Positions 18,320 to 26,287 of a stretch of 36,865 nt of DNA are shown here, piece after piece; the first letter of the stretch is position 1; every line of letters starts with the position of its first letter. This stretch comes from a virus (taxonomy: Duplodnaviria; Caudoviricetes), in the IMG/VR virus record IMGVR_UViG_3300036888_000010, positions 1 to 36,865 of that record; one strand, given 5' to 3'. The notes below the pieces were generated by a model. It had not been told where the DNA came from. It made no database searches and saw only the letters and a program-made list of their open reading frames with translations. The translations under genes were made by a program, and so were the position numbers.

Positions 18320-18775
18320 TTACTCCAGATTCCTCGTAAATACCGAAGTTGTTTTTCTGAATTTCTTGCGCCGCGCCAAAAGACGCTCTAAGGAACCGCC
18401 AATCGGAACGGAATATCCTATGGCGGTGCATCCGTTTTCTTTTGCGTGGCGCTCGACTTTGATAAGCAATCCGAGCCCTAATGCCGTGCGCCGGAAAGAC
18501 GGCGCGATGAAAACATTCTCAACAATTGCCACTTTCTTTCCGTATTGAGGGTCAATATAGATCAAAACAGCGGCAAAGCCTACCAGCGTATCGGCTGCGA
18601 AGGCCCCGAAACATTGCAATGCGCCATGCCGCTCCATGGACGCGTACATTTCAGGTTGAGGATTGATTTTCCCGATCTCAGGCAGAGAACATTCGTCTCC
18701 GTATTGAGAACACAGAGCGTCCCAATTGGGTGCTCTAAAGATTCCCGAAGCGAGGATCTTGCGAATTCCCGTCAA
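18320..18775 (-). CDS. GNAT-family acetyltransferase-fold protein
   Basis: LVGFAAV...ENVFIAPSFRRTALGLGLL...AKENGC; probable TTG start with TTGA overlap; usual position before ejection genes. Confidence 0.75.
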   Translation of the reverse strand: MTGIRKILASGIFRAPNWDALCSQYGDECSLPEIGKINPQPEMYASMERHGALQCFGAFAADTLVGFAAVLIYIDPQYGKKVAIVENVFIAPSFRRTALGLGLLIKVERHAKENGCTAIGYSVPIGGSLERLLARRKKFRKTTSVFTRNLE

Positions 18776-20547
18776 TGCACTTCCGCCCATGTACTGATAG
18801 CCCAAGTTCCGGCCGGCGAGCAAGTCGAGGTTACGGTTGGGGTCACCGAAAAAGTGTCGCCCGGTGGCACTACGAATGTAAAACTTACGCCGGGGCTATT
18901 GCTGCACTCGTTAGCGATCTCCCCTCCATTGAAGGTCAGTCCCGCATCGGTAAAAGCTGCCTGGTATTGGCCCCCCGTCCCCGACGTCCCAGTCAATGAG
19001 ATACTGACAATTTCCGTCACTGCGTAGCTGGCGCAATTCGTGTACGTGGTTGAAGCGGCATAGGTTGAAGTGGTGGGGCAACTTGTTCCGCCGCTACATG
19101 ACGCGGTCAGGCAGTTCGTGAGCCCGCTCACAACTCCAGCGGTCGAAGAGCCGACCGAGTTCCAGCTCGTGCCGTTGAAGACGCCGATCGCGGTTGTACA
19201 GGAAGACCCTCCGGAAGCAACCGTCGGAGCCTCTAGGAAATTTGTGGGCCAGACAAAGCTCCTGTTACCTGTTGAGTCCTGGCAGATATTGAAGTTGATT
19301 ACCTGCCCGAAGAATCCGCTCGTCAGGGTGCTGGACGTGACGTCACCAGTCAGCGTCATGTTAAATTGGTTGTAAATGCCCGCATTGAAGACCGGCGTCG
19401 CGCTGAAGACAACCGCCTGTGGGCTGTAGGGGTAGGTTGTGTTGGCCTGAATCCAATTGGTGCCGTTATAGACGAAGACGGGGGTTATGCAGGCATTCGG
19501 CGCTGCGGGCACGGCGGGAGGGTTCAGGAACGAGGGATCCCACGTGAACGTAAATCCGCCAACGCTGTTTTGACAGATATAGGTCATGATCTCCTGACCT
19601 AAAACTGCGCCCGTAAGCGTCATCGTCGTGTTTTGGTTGAGCGTGAGCGAAAAAATATAGTAGGGATCGACCGCGAAGGTCACAGCGGAGTCTGGCGTCA
19701 CCACGTCGTATGTGGCGGCTGTCTGCGGGCCGAGTGCGTTGACATATTGCCACAGCGCGCCATCAAAGAAGAACATCGGGGTGATACAACCGTTGGGGGT
19801 AGTCGGCAGCGTGGGGGGGTGCACGAAGCCTGAGGGCCAGGCGAAAGTGTATCCGCCTGTAGCGTTCTGGCATAGATCAAACTGAATGAATTGGCCAGCC
19901 AATCCGCCGCTCACGGTCGATGAGGAGACGTTGGCGGTAAGCGTCATGGTAAAGGTTGTGTAGGACCCGGCGTCGAACACGGGCTCTGCCGCAAATGTCA
20001 TAGCATCGACTTTGCCCGCAATTTCTGTGAAGCTGCCGGCCGCCGGTGTTCCGCCGGATGTGCCGATTGGACCATTGAAATATGTGCCGTTTACCGGTCC
20101 CGGTGTCGTTCCGCCAATGGTGCCGTCATCGAACGTCGAAGTCGTGATGGTGGAACTCTCAATCGTTGCGCCTGAAATCACGCCGCCGATCCACTCGCTG
20201 CCTGGAACCTGATCAACTGACCATTGCTGCACGCCAGTCGAGCAATTTGTTCCGCCATAGCTGAAGGCGATGAATTTGTATGTTTCCGGACCCAGCCACA
20301 TGACGGCGCTGCCGGTTGAGTCGAGAATCACCGGATTTGTGTTGGGCGTCCCGCCAGTGTAATCCGTGTATGTGGCTTGCGGGGTCGATGTTCCCCCCGC
20401 ATAGGTAAAAACGCAGCCATTCGCGAGCGGCACGCCATTGGGATCGACAGCAGTAAATCGCGGCGTGCGAAACGGAGACACGGATACTGAAGCCGCTACT
20501 GCGATTGGCAGCGCCAGGAAAATCGAAAGTAACGCTAATCTGCGCAT
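18772..20547 (-). CDS. tail fibre/receptor-binding adaptor with signal peptide and three internal repeats
   Basis: MRRLALLSIFLALPIAVAA|S; podovirus virion-anchor-like DPNGVPLANG.VFTYAGGTSTPQATYTD...NTNPVILDSTG; three repeats of CQ(N/D)..G...F.W...C.T.....GT.W. Confidence 0.8.
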   Translation of the reverse strand: MRRLALLSIFLALPIAVAASVSVSPFRTPRFTAVDPNGVPLANGCVFTYAGGTSTPQATYTDYTGGTPNTNPVILDSTGSAVMWLGPETYKFIAFSYGGTNCSTGVQQWSVDQVPGSEWIGGVISGATIESSTITTSTFDDGTIGGTTPGPVNGTYFNGPIGTSGGTPAAGSFTEIAGKVDAMTFAAEPVFDAGSYTTFTMTLTANVSSSTVSGGLAGQFIQFDLCQNATGGYTFAWPSGFVHPPTLPTTPNGCITPMFFFDGALWQYVNALGPQTAATYDVVTPDSAVTFAVDPYYIFSLTLNQNTTMTLTGAVLGQEIMTYICQNSVGGFTFTWDPSFLNPPAVPAAPNACITPVFVYNGTNWIQANTTYPYSPQAVVFSATPVFNAGIYNQFNMTLTGDVTSSTLTSGFFGQVINFNICQDSTGNRSFVWPTNFLEAPTVASGGSSCTTAIGVFNGTSWNSVGSSTAGVVSGLTNCLTASCSGGTSCPTTSTYAASTTYTNCASYAVTEIVSISLTGTSGTGGQYQAAFTDAGLTFNGGEIANECSNSPGVSFTFVVPPGDTFSVTPTVTSTCSPAGTWAISTWAEVH

Positions 20548-20584
20548 TGTAATTCCTTGGCTTTCTCCCTGCTCGTGTGGAGCA

Positions 20585-20821
20585 TCAATCTCCGTTGCAG
20601 TTGTAGTAGAGCGCCGGTGTTCCCGTGGTCACGTAGGTAAACGTCACCGCCGTTTTGCTGATTGCGCTCACGTAGGGAAGCGCGGTTGAAGTGCCCGCGC
20701 TCACCGTGCAATTCGCCCATGTTCCCCACGCCACGCCGAAAGTTAAAGTCGTTGCGGTTGAAGCGGTGCCTGTGGCGATGATTCCGGCGTTGTCCGTGCC
20801 GCGAGTAAGGGAGCCGGCCCC
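20585..20821 (-). pseudogene. start-less 3' remnant of a tail-fibre-like gene (78 codons)
   Basis: Manual translation: GAGSLTRGTDNAGIIATGTASTATTLTFGVAWGTWANCTVSAGTSTALPYVSAISKTAVTFTYVTTGTPALYYNCNGD*; in-frame TGA directly upstream; no ATG in the frame. Confidence 0.6.
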
Positions 20822-20985
20822 TCATGCCCAAACTCATTCCAGAACGCCACGGCCGCCACTGGGGTACCATCGGGATACGTTGCCCCCTCCATGAATCCCA
20901 CTTCAACTGAACCGCCTCCCAATTTCCGAACGAGATCTTGCAAATGCTTTGTGACTCGTTCGGACATCGGAATCGAGCGTTTCAT
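20743..20985 (-). pseudogene. truncated 5' fragment of a long-tailed-phage neck/virion morphogenesis gene
   Basis: VEVGFMEGATYPDGTPVAAVAFWNEFG motif; similarity ends near 20820 and the rest reads out of frame over the fibre remnant. Confidence 0.6.
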
Positions 20986-20986
20986 C

Positions 20987-22594
20987 TTAATACGTCACCC
21001 AATTTGTTCCGTTGCAGACCACCGGGGATTGCACCGTGCTGCCACCGGTGTATGTTCCCAGGAATGTTGGTATGGTGGCATCGCTCACCTGTAGTTGGAC
21101 TCCAGTTGTTGATGCTCCGCAAGTTGGCAATGGCGTTCCAGCGACACTGTAAAGGATGTTTGTTTGGATGCCGTTTGTGTACTGCCAAAACCCAGCCGCG
21201 ACCGAATAATCTGAAGAGATGTTGATATTCCCCAGAACCGGCGTCCCTGAAACGATCAAGGGAGTGGATGTCCTTGTGAGCGCGTTTCCGCTCAAATTAC
21301 TGCTGAGTCCGTCGTCGGTCTGCAATGTAATGCTTGAATAGAAATCGGCCCCGGAAGTGGAAACAGCCGAGTTGTGAATCGTGACTCCTCCAGCAAACGA
21401 CGTTCCGGAAATTCCTATTGCAACGGCGAATTCAATATCAGATATGCTCCCGTTGGAGTTCTCTGCTGATCCGGCTATTAGTTGCACGTTAACCACGCCG
21501 GTTAGCTGATAGCTGTCCACGTCGGTGCTTTGCAACACCACATTGCCGCTTGTACCGTTGACGACAACAAATCCATTTCCGTAATAATTGGCTACCTTCG
21601 CAATGGGAGCATTTATCAAAATTGAGGTATACCCGCCGTTGGGTAGAGTGTTGCCCTGTTCGACATCGTTATCCAATTCCGTGTTAGGGCCTTCTATGTC
21701 AAAAAGTGCTGGCGTCCCAGTTGCGGATGTTTGATATATCCCCAAATCTCGGATAAGAGATGCTGTGCAATTCGATGACGTGGTGACACCACTCCCGGTT
21801 CCGGCGTAGTTGAAAATTTGACCATTGCCGTAGATGGCGTTATATCCGAACAGATTGGACGCGCTACAAAGCGTAATGCCCACAGTACCAAGATTGCACT
21901 GCGTCGGCGGGGATGGGCCAACCGGAATCATAATGGCCGCGTTCTGATCGAGCGCGGCCTGAATCGCCACGTGATCATCGGTTGAGCCGTCGCATTTCGC
22001 CGAGTAGGGTGGTTGTGTTACGTCCACAGCGAAGGGCGGAACATAAGCGAGCGCCCCGGAGCCACTATTGGTCAAAACACCGAAAGAGTTAGCTGGAAGA
22101 GGATTGCCGTTGAGACCGGTGACGGTCGGATCGGGAAAACTTCCACCAAGATCACCGCCAGCCGCCCCGACGGCGTCCAGACCGGCTGTAGCAACTGAGG
22201 CGGCGATAACGGCGGCGCCACTCGTATAGCTGCTTGCGTAGACGCAAATCTGCGTGAGGCCAGCCGGATTGATGGTCCATGTCCCATTTGAAGTTGTGGA
22301 GGTAACGGGACTTCCGGATGGGATTGGTTGGGCACTGACACTTACCCATGTCGAGCCATTGACTGAGCCGACAAATTGCAGGGTGCCGACCCACGTTCCG
22401 GAAATTGTCGCCGCATAGGCAGAGGCAGTTGGCGGTAGCACCAGGTAGACATATCCCGCGCCGGCCCCGGAGCACGAAGAGGTTTGCAGCGTGATTTTTC
22501 CGTAGGTGCTAAGAGATGGATTCTGGGCGCGGAGAGGCAATGACCATCCAAAGATAGTCAAAATGCCCGCGAAAAGCCATTTAGAAATAGTCAT
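20987..22594 (-). CDS. tailspike-like beta-helix protein with signal peptide (535 aa)
   Basis: ATGA-coupled start at 22594; MTISKWLFAGILTIFGWSLPLRA|QN; AGGDLGGSFPDPTV linker; VTQPPYSAKCDGSTDDHVAIQAALD. Confidence 0.75.
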   Translation of the reverse strand: MTISKWLFAGILTIFGWSLPLRAQNPSLSTYGKITLQTSSCSGAGAGYVYLVLPPTASAYAATISGTWVGTLQFVGSVNGSTWVSVSAQPIPSGSPVTSTTSNGTWTINPAGLTQICVYASSYTSGAAVIAASVATAGLDAVGAAGGDLGGSFPDPTVTGLNGNPLPANSFGVLTNSGSGALAYVPPFAVDVTQPPYSAKCDGSTDDHVAIQAALDQNAAIMIPVGPSPPTQCNLGTVGITLCSASNLFGYNAIYGNGQIFNYAGTGSGVTTSSNCTASLIRDLGIYQTSATGTPALFDIEGPNTELDNDVEQGNTLPNGGYTSILINAPIAKVANYYGNGFVVVNGTSGNVVLQSTDVDSYQLTGVVNVQLIAGSAENSNGSISDIEFAVAIGISGTSFAGGVTIHNSAVSTSGADFYSSITLQTDDGLSSNLSGNALTRTSTPLIVSGTPVLGNINISSDYSVAAGFWQYTNGIQTNILYSVAGTPLPTCGASTTGVQLQVSDATIPTFLGTYTGGSTVQSPVVCNGTNWVTY

Positions 22595-22773
22595 GGGTTG
22601 ATTGCTTTCTGAAGCGCCGCGATTTGGGCCTGAAGAGTGGCGATGGTAGCCTCGTGGCTCACAAGTTGCGCCTGGATCGATGCCATCTGATTCTGGCCCA
22701 TCAATGTGAAGCCACTCGGCTGCTTCGGATCGATATACTTGACCGAGAACTGGAACGGAGCCGTATTCGCCAT
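22591..22773 (-). CDS. small coiled-coil tail protein (tail-needle/plug position)
   Basis: 60 aa; IQAQLVSHEATIATLQAQIAALQ heptads; follows the gp10-like gene. Confidence 0.55.
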   Translation of the reverse strand: MANTAPFQFSVKYIDPKQPSGFTLMGQNQMASIQAQLVSHEATIATLQAQIAALQKAINP

Positions 22774-24308
22774 TACGTGATTTCCTCATAGCGCTGGCTC
22801 AAGCGTTGCTGTGGAAGCTGATAGAGCGATCCGGCCTTAAGGTACGCATCGACAATGCGCCACGGCACCGGATCGGTTACCGAAACCTCATAGACGCGAT
22901 CACGCGCCTGTCCAAGCCGGTTCCAGTAGACGCGCTGCCGATATTCTCCCGTCTGACCCGCCGAACGAACGTATTCATTGCTCCAAGTCCTGCCGCCATC
23001 GTTCGACCACCGCAATATCATTTGGGGGCCGCGAGGCTCGCCGGCGCCGTCAAGCAGTGGCGGCATTGGGCCGTCTCCTACTTCGACATCGACCTGGAGG
23101 AAGCTGTGAAAGATGCGAACCTGCTCAACCGAGATATGCGGCGCGCGCCGAACGCGGCGAATCGGCTGTCCATTGTCCTGATAAGTGTAGATCGACATGG
23201 CGTAGATAACGCCGGTGTTCCAGTCGCCTACGAGGTTCTGACCAAAGCAAAAGGCATGGCAAGTCGAGTTATGAGCCGTCCATCCGCTCGGCGATTGTGG
23301 TGACCAGTGTCCGCGTTCATGCCACATTTGCGTGGCAGTATCGTATACCCAGGTGGCACCGAATCCCTGATTGGCGCTCGGAAAGCGCAGAACCCAAAAG
23401 GTGTGCCCCTGATCGCGGTAAGCGTAGCCAATCGCATCAGTTCCCCGACTTGGATATGCCGCCCAAGCGGTTTCTACCGCATGATTCGAGATGCGAGAAG
23501 GGGAATATCCGTTCGCCCGCCATGCGATCCCGATGCCGGTCTGGTAGCCGCCGATCCAGGAAGGCGTATTATCCAATACCGCGAGAGAGCTTGGAGCGCT
23601 GATGCCCTCTTCCATGAAAGCGCCCGGAATCACATCGAACGGCGTTACGGCGCTGGCCCCAGAGTTGTAATAGACCTGCGCATGACCATTGAGCCCGTAG
23701 ACCCAAAGCTGATTGAAGGCGCTCACGATAGCTGCGACGTTCTCCGGGAACACCAGAACTTGCTCGACGCCAAGAGGATTCCAGGTCGTACCGTCTAGCA
23801 GCGCAGATACCTGGAATTTGTTGCTGTTGGCCAGCAAAGCCACAAAGTAGCCCGAGCAGTAGACCACCATCGATACGGTGCCTTGAAGCCCAAGAATCGG
23901 ACCACTCAGTACATTGGCAGTCAGATCCAAGGAGTACAGATTCCCGGCGGAACATACAACCAGTTGATTTCCGTCTGCCCCATTTGAAGCCATTGTTACT
24001 TGGTTATAGTCGTCACCGATGTTGCCCCGGTTATTGTTTGAGCCGTCTTTATAGACCTCGTAAAGGTTTGGGCCGCCCACTGCAAACAGGCGTCCATCAA
24101 TCGCCAACATGCCGCGCACAGCCCTCGTAGGGGCAATGAGCGACGGAAGAGCAGCAAAGACCGACAAGCCGGGCGTAGGATAAAGCGCCATCGCGGATTT
24201 ACCGAGCTGGCTCTCGATCGACTCCGGATACCAATTCATCGCCTGCTGGCAATCGGCGGTGATCGACTGCGACGTGTACGAAGGTCCACAGAACCCAAAG
24301 CGTCCCAT
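22773..24308 (-). CDS. packaged-DNA stabilization/tail hub protein (P22 gp10-like)
   Basis: TAATG-coupled start MGRFGFCGPSY; NWYPE...LYPTPGL; TWVYD...WHER; LRWSNDGGRTWSNE...GEY...W.RLG.AR.RVYEV..TDPV. Confidence 0.85.
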   Translation of the reverse strand: MGRFGFCGPSYTSQSITADCQQAMNWYPESIESQLGKSAMALYPTPGLSVFAALPSLIAPTRAVRGMLAIDGRLFAVGGPNLYEVYKDGSNNNRGNIGDDYNQVTMASNGADGNQLVVCSAGNLYSLDLTANVLSGPILGLQGTVSMVVYCSGYFVALLANSNKFQVSALLDGTTWNPLGVEQVLVFPENVAAIVSAFNQLWVYGLNGHAQVYYNSGASAVTPFDVIPGAFMEEGISAPSSLAVLDNTPSWIGGYQTGIGIAWRANGYSPSRISNHAVETAWAAYPSRGTDAIGYAYRDQGHTFWVLRFPSANQGFGATWVYDTATQMWHERGHWSPQSPSGWTAHNSTCHAFCFGQNLVGDWNTGVIYAMSIYTYQDNGQPIRRVRRAPHISVEQVRIFHSFLQVDVEVGDGPMPPLLDGAGEPRGPQMILRWSNDGGRTWSNEYVRSAGQTGEYRQRVYWNRLGQARDRVYEVSVTDPVPWRIVDAYLKAGSLYQLPQQRLSQRYEEIT

Positions 24309-25279
24309 TACGGATTCGGCATTCCAGAATAGTAGTTGTAGTCGCTCATATTGTTCTGCACCCCAGGCATTCCCACATCCCCGGTGAGGCCGCGCGGGGA
24401 CTTGATGTTGTTCGACTGCACTGACTTGATGGCCAGCCTCCAGTTGTCTTCCTGTTGTGCCGTCCAACTTCCCTGAAACGGTCCCACCATATCCCGCGCC
24501 AATTGCATCGTCACGGCGTCCTGGTAGCCGGGCGGAAGACTGAAGTTGTAATTCAGGCTCGGAAACTGAGGAATTGTGCCCCAAATAGCCAATCGAATCA
24601 GATAGGCATAATTCGGAACGGGCCACAGATAGATTGATCCATTCGGCCAGTCGGCATCGTAATAAAGGTCGGTCGGGATGTCGGTTTGGAGATTCTTGAC
24701 GCGAACATTCATCCACCACTCGCGATCCCGGATATTCATCGGAATATCGACGTATTCTTGGACGCTCATGTTATTCAAAACGAGATTTGCCTGCAAAATC
24801 TTCTGCGGCCGCTGCCCCATATTGGGTGTGGCGAAGGTGGGAGCCGAATTCGCGGTTAAGACAACCGTTCCGGTATCGGCTGCGAGCCCTACCGCACCGC
24901 CGATCAGCGGAATGCTGAACTTTGCCGCCGTCGCAGACTGAACGTTTCCGGTTCCATTCAGACCATTTATCGAGTTTGAAACCGTTACTGACTGCCCATT
25001 GGTGAAATTATTGGCGCAGAAATACGTCGCGACATTGTTAGCGCGCTCACTTTGCGTCAGTTGGCCTTGCGGCCCAATGGTGTGGGGATTTAGACCGGGA
25101 ACAAGCGTATAGGTGGGCAGGCCGGTGTCGTAGATGAACGGCTTGCGCGCCGCCCATCTATCGACTATCCGGTTGAGCTTTGCCAGCGCAAAAGTCGCGT
25201 CCGCAGAGCTGGGTCCTTCCTGAATCGCTATTGCATTGATTTCCTGAAGGGCACCGGTGATGATGTCAAGTGCCGTCAC
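24308..25279 (-). CDS. head-to-tail adaptor (P22 gp4-like) with an inserted beta domain
   Basis: MTALDIITGALQEI...LNRIVDRW; LYYD...IYLWPVP; LPPGYQDAV...LA. Confidence 0.75.
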   Translation of the reverse strand: MTALDIITGALQEINAIAIQEGPSSADATFALAKLNRIVDRWAARKPFIYDTGLPTYTLVPGLNPHTIGPQGQLTQSERANNVATYFCANNFTNGQSVTVSNSINGLNGTGNVQSATAAKFSIPLIGGAVGLAADTGTVVLTANSAPTFATPNMGQRPQKILQANLVLNNMSVQEYVDIPMNIRDREWWMNVRVKNLQTDIPTDLYYDADWPNGSIYLWPVPNYAYLIRLAIWGTIPQFPSLNYNFSLPPGYQDAVTMQLARDMVGPFQGSWTAQQEDNWRLAIKSVQSNNIKSPRGLTGDVGMPGVQNNMSDYNYYSGMPNP

Positions 25280-25803
25280 GCTGCGCCGGCATCCTTGCGC
25301 GGTCTACCTGGCTTACGCCGCAATTGATCATCTGCGCGGGCCGCCTCAGCCTCGTAGGCCCGCGAGAGCGTGTCTTCCAGATCCGCGCGGAATTCAGGCG
25401 CATCTTCTCGCCAGCCGTCTGCCAGATACTCGGCGAGGTCACTTTCGTTGTGCACTATGATAGTAACCACCTTCGCCCGCACGTGGACCCGCTCTTCGAT
25501 GACGGAACTGCCCACAATGGCGCTCTTGGTCACCTCGTGAGCGGGCTCGCTCTGCTCGTGATTGTAGAGCATCTTCGGGAATTTCTGGTACCGGTACGGC
25601 ACCTTTGGCGGATCGTTGAGATTGTGGATCTGAACCGGTTTGCGGTCGTTGTCATAGCGCTGCAGGATAGAGCGCATCTGTTCTGCTTCAACAGGCGTCA
25701 ATGCTTGTGACATAGGAACTCCGTAGCAGGCCGCTAATTGCTCCTGCCGTTGTTTCTTGTTCAAGTTTGATGGGCGATATAGCCCAGGTTCTGGGATGGG
25801 CAT
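25276..25803 (-). CDS. hypothetical virion-region protein
   Basis: YQKFPKMLY...IVHNESD...ADGW; C-terminal RRKPGRPRK. Confidence 0.7.
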   Translation of the reverse strand: MPIPEPGLYRPSNLNKKQRQEQLAACYGVPMSQALTPVEAEQMRSILQRYDNDRKPVQIHNLNDPPKVPYRYQKFPKMLYNHEQSEPAHEVTKSAIVGSSVIEERVHVRAKVVTIIVHNESDLAEYLADGWREDAPEFRADLEDTLSRAYEAEAARADDQLRRKPGRPRKDAGAA

Positions 25804-26243
25804 TACTGAGCTGCGGCGCGCTCTTCGGCGGTCGGCTCAAATGGCACGGGCGCTTGATCGACACCTACACCGTATGAGCCGGGGTAATCCTTGCCGTCGC
25901 TGCTGAATGTCCAGTTGTCGGGGCCAGACCCGTACCGGTCTGTGCCGCTGCCATCCGAGACGCCTTTAGCGGAGAATCCGTCCGCGATGGCCGCATCCAG
26001 CTCATCCTGCGACTTGACGACCCGAGATTCCGTGGTGACCAGGGTTTCGGATACTTCCACTGGGGCGGGCGCAACCATCTTCTTGACGACAGTCTTGTTT
26101 TCCCGGTAAACGGTCGTCGGGAAAGCCGCGTAGGGCACCTGTGGATCAGGAAACGCCGACACGGGCGTGTTCTGTCCTTGCGCCTTAAAGCCGTGAGGAT
26201 CGTAATTCGCGTTCTCGGCTTTCAATTGATCGGTAAGGGTCAT
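25803..26243 (-). CDS. hypothetical protein, distant paralogue of the downstream gene
   Basis: AAGGAG RBS before ATG 26243; YAAFPTTVY...VVKSQDE...ADGF. Confidence 0.7.
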   Translation of the reverse strand: MTLTDQLKAENANYDPHGFKAQGQNTPVSAFPDPQVPYAAFPTTVYRENKTVVKKMVAPAPVEVSETLVTTESRVVKSQDELDAAIADGFSAKGVSDGSGTDRYGSGPDNWTFSSDGKDYPGSYGVGVDQAPVPFEPTAEERAAAQ

Positions 26244-26253
26244 AATGCTCCTT

Positions 26254-26282
26254 AAAAAGCGGGGCACCTTGCGATGCCCCAC
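26254..26282 (-). terminator. Rho-independent terminator after the coat and decoration genes
   Basis: Minus strand GTGGGGCATC-GCAA-GGTGCCCCGC-TTTTT. Confidence 0.8.
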
Positions 26283-26287
26283 CAGAA

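Noticed and set aside
20535-20906. 123-aa minus-strand ORF
   Set aside because: Arg-rich off-frame reading across the two gene fragments; other frames carry the recognisable protein signal
7671-22594. Diversity-generating retroelement or invertase shufflon acting on the tail genes
   Set aside because: No reverse transcriptase or invertase, and no near-identical TR/VR pair or inverted crossover sites noticed
22595-24719. Long N-terminal extensions in the ORF track (starts at 22789 and 24719; likewise 14236, 15842, 26417, 5134, 592)
   Set aside because: They overlap neighbouring genes; internal starts with RBSs or stop/start coupling fit better
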